Source of the DNA: a virus
IMG/VR virus record: IMGVR_UViG_3300032401_000002
Location: 32,001 to 96,000 of that record
Length of the DNA stretch: 64,000 nucleotides
Reading direction: 5' to 3' (one strand)
The position numbers were made by a program, and so were the translations under genes. The notes beneath the pieces are model-generated. The model was not told the origin of the DNA and made no database searches. It was given only the letters and a program-made list of their open reading frames with translations. Below, piece after piece: positions 1-9,339 of this stretch (within the stretch, counting starts at the first letter, position 1; each line of letters begins with the position of its first letter).

Positions 1-35
1 CAATGCGCTCCAGGACACCCATCAGTTCTTTGTGC

Positions 36-410
36 TCAGCGGAAGTAGGACGCGCCATGCTTCCTCCTCTGCTCCTCTGAGTTGATCTTACGACCTTCAG
101 GATGAGCACGGTAGTACATGCCGCTCACCAGGCCCGGCTCAGGTACGCCGTTCTCGTTCAGGATCTCACGCTTCTGGCGCTGATACAAATGCTCGGCGAA
201 CAAGATGGGGTTGTCTCCACCGATGCCTCGCTCCTTGCCGGTTTCCTCGACTACCGACCGCGCTTCGTCACGGAGGAACTGATCAGCGATCTGCTCCATC
301 TCGCGGGCAGTGTAATCCTTGCCCTCTTCGTACTCGATCCGATCATGCTTGTTATACGAGGGACGCCTCTTCCAACCACCCATATCTAGTTCGCTTCCTC
401 TTCTGGCCAT
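36..410 (-). CDS. hypothetical protein
   Basis: 124 aa ORF overlapping the upstream gene; codon style matches the operon; start uncertain. Confidence 0.65.
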   Translation of the reverse strand: MARRGSELDMGGWKRRPSYNKHDRIEYEEGKDYTAREMEQIADQFLRDEARSVVEETGKERGIGGDNPILFAEHLYQRQKREILNENGVPEPGLVSGMYYRAHPEGRKINSEEQRRKHGASYFR

Positions 411-730
411 AAGTCTTTGGCGACCTGAAGCATTGCCTGCTCGACGTATTGGCCGACCGACACGGTCGTGATGCCCATACGTTCGGCAACATCCTTCTGC
501 TTCTGGTCTACAATTACGTTCCAGTAAACGGCCTCTTTCTTGCGTTTGCTGAGTTTCTTGAGACAGGACTGGAGGTCAAGGAAGTTGATTGTTAGCCCCT
601 TGTGCTTGATCTCCCAGTCGCCGGTGCGTAGACCGCCCTCCATTGGCTGCTGCCTACACAATGCCTCAAACGTTGTGTAGTTGCGAATAACCTCCCGTAG
701 GATGCGGTGCTTCTGTGTTGGTTCAATCAT
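386..730 (-). CDS. sigma70 region-4-like HTH DNA-binding protein
   Basis: LKKLSKRKKEAV...QKDVAERMGITTVSVGQYVEQA matches the Sigma70_r4 pattern; purine-rich SD upstream. Confidence 0.75.
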   Translation of the reverse strand: MIEPTQKHRILREVIRNYTTFEALCRQQPMEGGLRTGDWEIKHKGLTINFLDLQSCLKKLSKRKKEAVYWNVIVDQKQKDVAERMGITTVSVGQYVEQAMLQVAKDLWPEEEAN

Positions 731-766
731 TACCCCCTCTCTATCGACACGAAAGGGACGTAGACT

Positions 767-1192
767 TTAGTTCTTCTTGGTGCCGCGCTTGACAACGCGC
801 TTCTTACGTCGCAACGGACGCTTGTTGGTGACCCGGCCTTTGCGACCGTAACGCTCCTCGCCAAGAGCCGCCGTGGTCGGCGGATTCCTCAAATAGGCTA
901 GAGTCTTCTCAAGCCACTCGATGGTCATCCATGTTGGAATGCGACGATTACATCCAGCGCACAAGATGCCGCGCGTCAGCCCCGACCCGTGATCGTGGTC
1001 TGTGTGCAATGGCTTCGGCTGCCCCTTGTTCTTGCCGTACTTGGTGTTCTTCTCTTTGCAGTGAGCGCAAACCCCGCCCTGGAACGCCAGGATGACATCC
1101 CACTCATCCGCTGTGATATCGAACTGATCCCGGAGCCTCTTGTCGCGTGCTGCTCGGCGTGTCTCTTCAGGCGTACGCTTAGGTGCGGCCAA
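767..1192 (-). CDS. endonuclease VII family protein
   Basis: QGGVCAHC...LHTDHDHGSGLTRGILCAGCN is the EndoVII motif; start probably TTG at 1192 (track start 1255). Confidence 0.85.
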   Translation of the reverse strand: MAAPKRTPEETRRAARDKRLRDQFDITADEWDVILAFQGGVCAHCKEKNTKYGKNKGQPKPLHTDHDHGSGLTRGILCAGCNRRIPTWMTIEWLEKTLAYLRNPPTTAALGEERYGRKGRVTNKRPLRRKKRVVKRGTKKN

Positions 1193-1964
1193 CGGGATCG
1201 AATCCCTTCGCAGGACACTCGACCGAATGGTCGCAAGTGCAGTCCGGCACGACACCCTCTACTTCACAGTCCACGACGTACTCCCACTTGTCGTAGATGT
1301 CCTCACAGAAATCATGATCTGCCGCAACGACGTGCTCCTTGAAACGATGCGGGCCATCCTTCTCGACGCACAAGATGATCGCCTGGTTGATGTCTTCCAA
1401 GTCCATGTAGAGCTTGACCTGGGCCTCGTACTTGGGCTGATTGGCCGAGCCGACAAAGTCCTGCGCGTAGATGCGCGACATCATTGTCTTGATGTCAACC
1501 AGGTACTCTCCCTTTCCGGGTAGGCGACATCGAGAGAAGTCAGCGAAACCCCGGATGCGGTAAGAGTTGCCCTTGTGGGTCACCAGACTGTCATCGAAGC
1601 AGTTGCCCTCCTTATCCCAGCCGTAGTCGTACTCTCGCTCGACCTCGCTCCACTTGCTGAACCCAAGCTCCTCGACCATGATGAACTGGATCAGACCATG
1701 GTACATGTGACCGATCATGAAGTTCTTCTGGGAGGTAGCATCGTGCTTAGCGTACTCGTGATCTCCCTGGCGCTCGATCCAAAGCTCGCGAGCACACTTG
1801 AGCGCACCCGATGGATGGAAGGCGTTGTCGTCTTCCTTGTTCGGGTGAACTGTGAACGGGATCTCGTCCGGCATCTCGCCGTTGGCGAACCAGTTGTTCA
1901 GGTAAGGAACGAGAATCTCATTCCGTGCCATGTGCTTGGCGAACTTGTTACTGAGCTTAACCAT
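1179..1964 (-). CDS. Cas4-like / PD-(D/E)XK exonuclease
   Basis: HPSGALKC, GHMYH, RGFAD, VDIKT, QVKLYM and C-terminal Cys cluster. Confidence 0.8.
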   Translation of the reverse strand: MVKLSNKFAKHMARNEILVPYLNNWFANGEMPDEIPFTVHPNKEDDNAFHPSGALKCARELWIERQGDHEYAKHDATSQKNFMIGHMYHGLIQFIMVEELGFSKWSEVEREYDYGWDKEGNCFDDSLVTHKGNSYRIRGFADFSRCRLPGKGEYLVDIKTMMSRIYAQDFVGSANQPKYEAQVKLYMDLEDINQAIILCVEKDGPHRFKEHVVAADHDFCEDIYDKWEYVVDCEVEGVVPDCTCDHSVECPAKGFDPVGRT

Positions 1965-2326
1965 TACTCGGCGTACCGACCTCTCCTGTCGTCATCTATT
2001 AATCGGGCTATGATGTCTACGTTACCATCCTCATCGGACAGCACTGAATCCGGGCAATAGATCCTGAGAGCCATAACAGGCTGGCGACCCTCACTCCACG
2101 CCTCGTCTGCGATCTTCTCGAAGTCGTCCAGCTTGATCGAGACCGAGCGGGCTGGCTTGTCGAACGTGCCCCGATGCTTGCACTCGATCAAGAGCTTGGC
2201 GGTGCGCACATCACCTTGATCGGTTACGCTCCCGCCACTAGACAGCGAGCGCTTGCCTGCGAATCGGCGAGCGATCTCGTCCTCCTGCCGGACGCTGAGC
2301 CATTTGGTTGATCCTCTCTTAGCCAA
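1964..2326 (-). CDS. Holliday junction resolvase (Hjc-like PD-(D/E)XK)
   Basis: QE..IA...SGGS...GDV....LIECK motif; likely TTG start at 2326 overlapping the upstream stop. Confidence 0.75.
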   Translation of the reverse strand: MAKRGSTKWLSVRQEDEIARRFAGKRSLSSGGSVTDQGDVRTAKLLIECKHRGTFDKPARSVSIKLDDFEKIADEAWSEGRQPVMALRIYCPDSVLSDEDGNVDIIARLIDDDRRGRYAE

Positions 2327-2573
2327 GGGGAAGGAACTGGGAGTAGGGAGACTCGCCACCAAGCGCGGGATGCAAGGGTCGATTGGTCTTACCCTCGACG
2401 TACTGATCGACACGAGGGGCACTGTTGCCGTGGGCGATCTTGCGGAACTCCTTAGCTTGCTCCACCAGGTCGGACAACTCATCGTACGCAACCTGAACCA
2501 GATCGCCCTGGTCATACTCGCCTGAGTAGAGCACGTCTTCGATGGAGCCGATGTAGAGGCGCGACTCAGCCAT
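2319..2573 (-). CDS. hypothetical protein
   Basis: 84 aa ORF tightly coupled to its neighbours. Confidence 0.65.
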   Translation of the reverse strand: MAESRLYIGSIEDVLYSGEYDQGDLVQVAYDELSDLVEQAKEFRKIAHGNSAPRVDQYVEGKTNRPLHPALGGESPYSQFLPLG

Positions 2574-3016
2574 CAGAATCCATCCAGGTAGTCGCGGAGA
2601 TCGCTCTTGGCGAGGGAGTTTCCCTCGTCTCGACCCAGGTCTCGTCCTTCTTCGTATCCCGTGTCATACCCTCGTTGCCACGCACTGTCATTCGCATCCT
2701 CCTGCTGGATCTCTCGTTGCTCCTGGACGGCCTCTTCGACCAACCTCTCGACATGCTCCGCGTATGCGTTCAACACATGTCGCATCTCGGTATTGGGCTT
2801 AGTGATCTGTCCACCCGTGATCTCGTCGTACAAACCGGGGATACCCTCCATCATGGTACGGAAGTCGTAAAGCTCGCGCTTGATCTGGTCGAGGCTGACA
2901 CCATCGAAGTCTCGATCTGCCACGCGGGCGAATCGATCCGTGGCAGGTAGATCCCTTGCCTTCAAGATAGGCAACCAGAACTTCTGCCACACAGCCTCAA
3001 CATCGTGCTCAGCCAC
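2573..3016 (-). CDS. hypothetical protein
   Basis: 147 aa ORF, coupled; C-terminal GYxxG-type repeats. Confidence 0.7.
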   Translation of the reverse strand: MAEHDVEAVWQKFWLPILKARDLPATDRFARVADRDFDGVSLDQIKRELYDFRTMMEGIPGLYDEITGGQITKPNTEMRHVLNAYAEHVERLVEEAVQEQREIQQEDANDSAWQRGYDTGYEEGRDLGRDEGNSLAKSDLRDYLDGF

Positions 3017-3473
3017 CAGTCCGAGCCTCCTTGGAAGCGCGATATTCCTCCTGGGTCATGCCCCGCTCCTGCGCGAGGAGTTGCTCGAAGGTGCGTCGGC
3101 GCGACGGATGCAGCGTATCACTCGCGTTGAGCTTCCAGGTTTCTCGCTCCTCGGGGGTGATGAGACGCTCGTTCTCCTCGTCAGACCAGTGCTCCTGGTA
3201 CGCTCGCAGGTATGGCTTCGGCTCCTCTTCAACCAATTCGTACGTGGCCTCGAAGATATCCGGCTTGCAGGGATAGAACTCACCCTGGATACCCTTGATG
3301 ATGTAGTCGCCGACCGAGACGCGCATGTCGCCTTCGAGAGTCGGGATGATCAAGCTAGGGCCACGCTCTTCAGGGTCAATGATGGTCGGGCAGAACGCAA
3401 GGCACTCGATGTCGTTCCAACCTTCGTACCTGACGGCCTCAATCACGACGGGCTTCTTACGATACTTGGGCAT
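3009..3473 (-). CDS. conserved phage protein (KYRKKPVVIEA / PGDYG-like family)
   Basis: MPKYRKKPVVIEAV...TLEGDMRVSVGDYIIKGIQGEFYPCKPDIFEATYE; SD GAGGAG before ATG 3473. Confidence 0.85.
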   Translation of the reverse strand: MPKYRKKPVVIEAVRYEGWNDIECLAFCPTIIDPEERGPSLIIPTLEGDMRVSVGDYIIKGIQGEFYPCKPDIFEATYELVEEEPKPYLRAYQEHWSDEENERLITPEERETWKLNASDTLHPSRRRTFEQLLAQERGMTQEEYRASKEARTGG

Positions 3474-3678
3474 GCTGTCTCCTCTCGACGTGGAACCCAT
3501 TGTCTGTCTTGACAATGCGATCCCCACAATATGCGGTCTCGGTACCCTCGGGGGTATCGACTTCAATCCTCTCGTCCTCCATGTAAGAGCGCCCGTTGCA
3601 CCACTCAGCCAACTCCATCCAAGCGTCTAGTGCGTCAAGGCTAACCTCTGTGGGAACGTCACGATGCTGCTGCGGCAT
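3457..3678 (-). CDS. small protein, divergent paralog of the downstream PGDYG-like protein
   Basis: LAEWCNG...VDTPEGTETAYCGDRIVK resembles IPTLEGDMRVSVGDYIIK. Confidence 0.6.
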   Translation of the reverse strand: MPQQHRDVPTEVSLDALDAWMELAEWCNGRSYMEDERIEVDTPEGTETAYCGDRIVKTDNGFHVERRQHAQVS

Positions 3679-4759
3679 CCTCGACCTCCGGTACGACTTC
3701 GAGTACGGTGCGAGTGTTGCGGTCGAGCATCACCTGAAGCACCTGGACACGAATCATCTCCACCGTGTCAGGCCGCGCTTCGAGATGCGCCACAACCTTG
3801 TCCCACCCCTTGACTGTCGTGCCGTCCGGGAGATCGTACATGCTCCCCCTGACCGGGATAACTCCCGTGCGCTTGCCCGTCTGGATGATGTCCGTGAAGG
3901 CATCGATCCCGAAGGGGTAGTCGTCTGTCTCGGCGTAGTAGTAGTCGAACAGAGCCTTATGACCCGTACCCTCGGTCATCTTGTTGCGCACGATGTGTGC
4001 AACGATCTCCTGACCGATCTGCACGTCCGTGCCGTTCTGCTTCACGGAGAAGCGGTTCTTGCCACGCTTCAACTGGACGATGATCGACTCGTGGTGCTCC
4101 AGAGCGTGACCACCCGGCTGTGCAACCAGACCAGGGATACGAGACTGCATGTCGTCGCGCACCTGATTGAGCAGGATCACGCATACGTCATTCTTCCACG
4201 CCAGCGGCGCTGCGGTCTTGACAGCCCAGGTGATCAGCCCTGCCTGGCCACCGACGCGAGGCTTCCCGTCGTCGCCCATCTCCTTCTCGGAGATCACGGC
4301 CCCGATAGAGTCGAAGATGACCAAATCGACAGCGCGGCTCTTGACGATCTTGTGGAGCATCGAGAAGGCTTCCTCGCCAGTCGTCGGGTAGGCCACCAAC
4401 ATGTCATCAGTCTTGACGCCGTTCTTGCGCGCCCACTTCTCATCGAAAGGCTCGTAGGCAATCCAGGCAACGTTCATGTCGAGTTGCTGAGCGTTGCGAG
4501 CAGCGTTCAAACCGACCATCGATGACTTGCCGATGTCCCGTGGGCCGAAGACGCCGACGAGGTAGCCAAGCGGCCACCCTCCCGTCCCTAGCTCGTAGTC
4601 GAGTGCGAGCGAACCAGTCGGGATCGACATGAGGGTCTTCTGGAGACCTCCACGGACAGCCGTGCTCTGGCCGAATGTCTTGGTGATGTCGGCAGCAAGG
4701 AAGTCGAGATCCTCGCGCCTCTTGTCCTGCGTGGGTGTAGTCTTCTGCTTGGCTTTCAT
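3659..4759 (-). CDS. recA: RecA/UvsX-like recombinase
   Basis: IPTGSLALDYELGTGG, Walker A GPRDIGKS, FDSIGA, LNQVR, PGGHALEH. Confidence 0.95.
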   Translation of the reverse strand: MKAKQKTTPTQDKRREDLDFLAADITKTFGQSTAVRGGLQKTLMSIPTGSLALDYELGTGGWPLGYLVGVFGPRDIGKSSMVGLNAARNAQQLDMNVAWIAYEPFDEKWARKNGVKTDDMLVAYPTTGEEAFSMLHKIVKSRAVDLVIFDSIGAVISEKEMGDDGKPRVGGQAGLITWAVKTAAPLAWKNDVCVILLNQVRDDMQSRIPGLVAQPGGHALEHHESIIVQLKRGKNRFSVKQNGTDVQIGQEIVAHIVRNKMTEGTGHKALFDYYYAETDDYPFGIDAFTDIIQTGKRTGVIPVRGSMYDLPDGTTVKGWDKVVAHLEARPDTVEMIRVQVLQVMLDRNTRTVLEVVPEVEDAAAAS

Positions 4760-7700
4760 GTCAGCTTGTACCCTTTCTTGAGCTTTGCGCCCCTAGCCCC
4801 CGTTTCGAGGGTGAACTCTCCCAGCACTCGTGGCTTCAACATGTAGCTGAAGTCCTCGTACTCCTGAGGGAAGGCGGCGAACGTGACCTCTTCGCCTTTC
4901 CACTGTATTGTAACCTTAGCCCATGGGGCACCAGGCTTCCACTTGGCATCGTCCTTGTTCTTGCGTGGCTCCACCTTGGTGATGACTCCAGGCACCTTGA
5001 TCTCGGTCTTCTCGGTTTCCGAAGCTCCCGCCAGTGGAGCACAAGCCTCAAGCCGCTCGATGTTCTTCTCGATGAGATCGGCATTCGTGTCGGTCAGTGA
5101 CACACCAAGGAAGAACTCCTCGAAGTCGTAGATGGCCTGCGCGGTTGGTAGGTCAGTCCGCTCGTAGCCTGTAGCGCTACATGCTACGCAGTCTGCATAG
5201 CTACGCTTGTCGGGGTCGGGCTTGTACTTGCCACGTCCGTCGCACTGCGAGCACTTGGTCAAGCGGTACCCGAATGCGTCGAACGCTCCAGCGGCCATCA
5301 GAGCCTCACGGTAGTTCTTCTTCATCACGACAGGAGACTCGTTGATCGCCTTGTTGAAGAAGTCTTCGGGCGACTCGAAGGGGCCGTTATCGAGACACCA
5401 CTGCGCCGGGATGTCTCCCAGACCCTTCACGTCACGAAGACCGAACAAGATGTCGTTATCCACCTTGGAGATGACGATGTTAGACCTGTTGATGTCGGGC
5501 GGTAGCACACTTACGCCGATGCGACGAGCCTCGTTGATGTAGGCCGCGACCTTCTTGGGCGCTGTAGTGATAGACGCCATCACGAACTCAGTCGGCCACC
5601 TTCGCTTAGCGTACATCGTCCAGGCCAGGATCAGCCCGTACCCAACCGCGTGGGATTTGTTGAAGCTGTACTTCGAGAAGTCCTCGATGGACTTCCAGAT
5701 GTTCTCGGCAGTCCCCTTGGGCATGTGCTGCATCGCCTTCTCCATGTAGATCGGGAACTCAGCCTTCATCTCTTCGCCGAGCTTCTTGCCCAGGATCTTG
5801 CGAATGTGGTCGGCGTCAGACAAGCTGTACCCGATCTCACGGAAGTACGCAATCACTTGCTCCTGGTAGAGGAAGTCTCCGTAGGTTGGTTCGAGGATTC
5901 CTTCCAGGATCGGATGAGGGTATGTGGTGTCTTCCTCTCCGTTGCGGCGAGCCAGGAAGCGATCAACGACCCCACCACGGAGAGGGCCGGGTCGGTTGAG
6001 TGCAACAATCGCTGCGAGATCTTCAACACTTCGCGGTCGAATGTGCTTGCCAATCCTCTTCGCAGCGAATCCCTCTTCGACCTGAAATAGCCCAAGGGTG
6101 TGTCCATTGTCGATAAGCTCCCAGTAGCTGTCAGCCAGCGTGTTGTAGTTGACCTCGTTGCGGAAGTGATTAGCCACCTTGACCATGGCTTCACGAGCCT
6201 CGGGGTGACCTTCCACGAACTCTCCGCGATTACGGGCCTCGATGATCTCAGCGACCTTAGGGCCGAGCACGGCAGGGTCACCGAAGTCGCCGCCCATGAT
6301 AGCGGTCAGCATCAGAGTGTCCAAGTTGCGCAGACCCAAGAAGTCAAACTTAGGGAAGCCCTCCTTCTCGACCTGATGCATCTCAGCCTGCGTGACGATC
6401 ACCTTGCGCTTCTCGTCGTCCGATGCCATGCGTGCAGGAAGGTGGTCGGCGAGATCCACACTAGAGATCACGACAGCAGATGCGTGAACACCGTACGTCG
6501 AGATGCGACCTTCAAGGAGCTTGGCTAGAGCAAACAGTTGCGGCTCTTGCTCCTGCCAATAGGCGAGAGGGTGATCGGTGCCGTCACGGTCAGCCCAGTC
6601 CTGGAGAGTGTCCCACATGTCGTCCCAGTCGAGAGCCTGACCGGCGTCGGTCGTGGACTCGATGATCTCCTTGACCTTGACCATCAGTCCGTAAGGGGGC
6701 TTATCGTACAACACAGCGCCCGCCTTGTCAATGGCTGATTTCGGTCGAATGAAGATGTGGTTACCAACGGGGAGAACACGAGCAGGCCCGTACTTGCGCT
6801 TGACGTACTCGATCATGAACTGACGAGCACTCCGCTCGAAGTCGATGTCGATGTCAGGGAGTCCGTCCGCACGACCGGGGTTCCAGAAGCGCTCGAACTG
6901 CAACCCGTACTTGATCGGGTCGATAGCGGTGATGCCAAGAGCGTACGCGATGATGGAGCCACCAACCGACCCTCGACCCGGCCCGATAAGGCCACCATGC
7001 CGGATAGCGTGGTTGATGAAGTCCCAGACAATCAAGAAGTAGTCATGGAGACCAGCCTCGATGATGGCCTTCAACTCAAACTCAGATCGCTCCCATGCTT
7101 CATCCCAGACAGCGTCAGTGGCGTCCTGGTAGCGCTCCGTGATCCCCTCGGCCACGAGGTCAATCAGAAGCTGCTTAGTGTCAGTGGCATCATCCTCCTT
7201 GAGCTTGAACTTCGGGAGGTAGAGACCAGGCTTGGGCAACTCGAAGCGGCACTGCTCCATGATCGCGTCGGAGTTGCTGATAGCCTGATTGACAATTGAC
7301 TCCGGGAGATGATCGAGGCACTTGCGCACTTCGGCCTCACCCATGATGTACAGAGACTGAGGGTGGTAACAGTCAGGGTTGTCAGGATTGTTAACGACGA
7401 ACTTGCCGTCCACCTTGCGACCCTTGATGTCATCCAGCTTGGAGTTGTACTGCGCGCAGATCAGAGCCTCATGAACGGGCCACAGTTCGGGTGAAGTGTA
7501 GTGAGCATCGTTGGCGTACAGGACACCAATGCCCTTGTCGTTCGCGATCCCGACGAGCGTCTGGTTCAGATCACGCTGCAAGTCAGTGTTGTAGGTCGAA
7601 AGCTCGATGTAGAAGTCATCACCGAAGATCTCTCCGAGCTTGTCGAGCGGCTCGCGGTTGCCATCCTCCAGGAGACTCTTGTTGACAAGAGACCCGATGC

Positions 7701-8142
7701 ACGCCGTGGTGCAGATCAGACCTTCGCGGTACTTCTTGAGGAGATCCCAGTCCACGCGGGCGTCGTAGTAGAACCCCGTACGATGGGCCTCGTCCGAGAT
7801 CCTCAGGAGGTTCTGGTACCCCTTGTACCCTTTGGCCAACAAGATCAAGTGGAAGGCATCCTGCCCCTTCTTGAAGGGAACGCCGTCGAGCTTGGTGTCC
7901 GTGCGTGAGTTGCGAGCCTGGTAGGCTTCCATACCCAGGCCGAATGACAGGTCACGCTTGATCCCCTTCTTCTTGTCCTTCCATGTCATCGCATCCGCAA
8001 ATGACGTTAGACCAGCCACGGTGCCGTGGTCAGTCAGGAAGGCACCGGGGAGTCCAAGCTCCTCGATGCGGTCAGCGATCTCGAAGGTCTTCGAATACCC
8101 ATCGAGGGCACTGTACTCGCTATGGTTGTGGATTGGGATCAA
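4756..8142 (-). CDS. dnaE: DNA polymerase III alpha subunit (PHP-containing)
   Basis: HNHSEYS, TDHG, GPGRGSVGGS, PDIDIDF, KFDFLGL, YSFNKSHA. Confidence 0.97.
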   Translation of the reverse strand: MIPIHNHSEYSALDGYSKTFEIADRIEELGLPGAFLTDHGTVAGLTSFADAMTWKDKKKGIKRDLSFGLGMEAYQARNSRTDTKLDGVPFKKGQDAFHLILLAKGYKGYQNLLRISDEAHRTGFYYDARVDWDLLKKYREGLICTTACIGSLVNKSLLEDGNREPLDKLGEIFGDDFYIELSTYNTDLQRDLNQTLVGIANDKGIGVLYANDAHYTSPELWPVHEALICAQYNSKLDDIKGRKVDGKFVVNNPDNPDCYHPQSLYIMGEAEVRKCLDHLPESIVNQAISNSDAIMEQCRFELPKPGLYLPKFKLKEDDATDTKQLLIDLVAEGITERYQDATDAVWDEAWERSEFELKAIIEAGLHDYFLIVWDFINHAIRHGGLIGPGRGSVGGSIIAYALGITAIDPIKYGLQFERFWNPGRADGLPDIDIDFERSARQFMIEYVKRKYGPARVLPVGNHIFIRPKSAIDKAGAVLYDKPPYGLMVKVKEIIESTTDAGQALDWDDMWDTLQDWADRDGTDHPLAYWQEQEPQLFALAKLLEGRISTYGVHASAVVISSVDLADHLPARMASDDEKRKVIVTQAEMHQVEKEGFPKFDFLGLRNLDTLMLTAIMGGDFGDPAVLGPKVAEIIEARNRGEFVEGHPEAREAMVKVANHFRNEVNYNTLADSYWELIDNGHTLGLFQVEEGFAAKRIGKHIRPRSVEDLAAIVALNRPGPLRGGVVDRFLARRNGEEDTTYPHPILEGILEPTYGDFLYQEQVIAYFREIGYSLSDADHIRKILGKKLGEEMKAEFPIYMEKAMQHMPKGTAENIWKSIEDFSKYSFNKSHAVGYGLILAWTMYAKRRWPTEFVMASITTAPKKVAAYINEARRIGVSVLPPDINRSNIVISKVDNDILFGLRDVKGLGDIPAQWCLDNGPFESPEDFFNKAINESPVVMKKNYREALMAAGAFDAFGYRLTKCSQCDGRGKYKPDPDKRSYADCVACSATGYERTDLPTAQAIYDFEEFFLGVSLTDTNADLIEKNIERLEACAPLAGASETEKTEIKVPGVITKVEPRKNKDDAKWKPGAPWAKVTIQWKGEEVTFAAFPQEYEDFSYMLKPRVLGEFTLETGARGAKLKKGYKLT

Positions 8143-8163
8143 GGCTCTAAGTGTAGCACTCGA

Positions 8164-8187
8164 AGGGGGAGGGAGTGACCCCTCCCC
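8164..8187 (-). terminator. GC-rich hairpin between ssb and dnaE
   Basis: GGGGGAGGG-AGTGAC-CCCTCCCCC inverted repeat. Confidence 0.55.
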
Positions 8188-8202
8188 CGCCGAAGTGAGT
8201 GC

Positions 8203-9126
8203 CTACTCGTCGTCCTCGGCCGGTGCTGCCTTCTTGGCAACGTCAGCCTTGAGGTTGTCGAAGTTACGACGACGGCGTGCGGGCTTGGTCTCCTCCGCAG
8301 GCTCGTCTCCGTCTCCATCGTCCTCTTCCGGCTCGACAACGGCCCTGCGAGAGCGTGTGCTCTTGCTGCCGCCCGACGCCTTACCTGACTTCTTGTTGCG
8401 CTCCTTGTTGTACGGATTGACAACGAAGTCGTCCGGCAGCGGGGCGATGATCTCCCGCATGCGATCCTCGTCTGCCCAGTCATCGAGCAGAGCCTCGAAG
8501 TCGAACTCTTCGAAGAACTCTTCGAGATCCTCTTCGATGCCATCGAGGGCATCTCCGACCGGCACGAACGTGTAGTTCGTGGAGGTCTTCTCACCCGTGC
8601 GAGTCACGGCGAAGACCGTCTCCTCGATGGGCTTGATGTCATCGTTGACCACGAGCGCGTTCCAGAAGTTGAACGGCGACTGGACAACCAGCCCGACTGC
8701 CGGAACCTCAACAGTCTCACCATCCTTGTTCTCGAACTGCCGTGTCGCGATGTCGAAGCCCACGAGCGTCTGGCGCTTGGTGCCAGTCTTCTTCTCGTAG
8801 ATCGGCTCCAACTCCACCGCGAGACCGATGGTCTTGTTGGTCGGCTTCTCGCCGAACCTGTCCATCAGTTCGTCGTACCCGTCCGATCCGTCGAGCACGG
8901 GATCGCGCCGAGAGATGAACGTGTTGTAGACCGGCCCGCCATCCTCGCGCTCGCCAGTGATGACGAAGTCATGAAGAAGAACGGTGGGCGTGTCGTCAAG
9001 CGCCGACAAGAACTGGATGTACTTCGTCTTGTTGGCCTCGAACTTGAAGCGCGGTGTGAACTTCCCACCTGTCGAACGTGTTGCTGCGGCGGCGATGCTG
9101 TCGCCACCAGTGCGGAACTTAGCCAT
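8203..9126 (-). CDS. single-stranded DNA-binding protein (gp32-like)
   Basis: Replication context, OB-like VTRTGEKTSTNYTF, acidic C-terminal tail, strong SD. Confidence 0.75.
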   Translation of the reverse strand: MAKFRTGGDSIAAAATRSTGGKFTPRFKFEANKTKYIQFLSALDDTPTVLLHDFVITGEREDGGPVYNTFISRRDPVLDGSDGYDELMDRFGEKPTNKTIGLAVELEPIYEKKTGTKRQTLVGFDIATRQFENKDGETVEVPAVGLVVQSPFNFWNALVVNDDIKPIEETVFAVTRTGEKTSTNYTFVPVGDALDGIEEDLEEFFEEFDFEALLDDWADEDRMREIIAPLPDDFVVNPYNKERNKKSGKASGGSKSTRSRRAVVEPEEDDGDGDEPAEETKPARRRRNFDNLKADVAKKAAPAEDDE

Positions 9127-9188
9127 GTGACCTCCGTTTGGTGTGCTTGATTGGCTATGCTAAGCGTAGCATACGCTTAGGGAGGCAA

Positions 9189-9311
9189 CTACTTCTTGGT
9201 GCAGGAACAGTTGCCGTCGCACTTACATGCGAGCTTCTTGCCGGTCTTAGCAACAGACGCTGCCAGAACTGGCTCGACCTTCTCGACCTTCTGATACTTC
9301 ACGAATGCCAT
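9189..9311 (-). CDS. 40 aa Cys/Lys-rich small protein (not in ORF track)
   Basis: MAFVKYQKVEKVEPVLAASVAKTGKKLACKCDGNCSCTKK with SD GGAGG 7 nt upstream. Confidence 0.75.
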   Translation of the reverse strand: MAFVKYQKVEKVEPVLAASVAKTGKKLACKCDGNCSCTKK

Positions 9312-9339
9312 AGTTGTACCTCCAACCTTTAGGGTTCGC

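Noticed and set aside
1179-1964. Cas4-like gene as evidence of CRISPR
   Set aside because: No repeat-spacer array or other cas genes seen; solo Cas4-like nucleases are common in phage replication modules.
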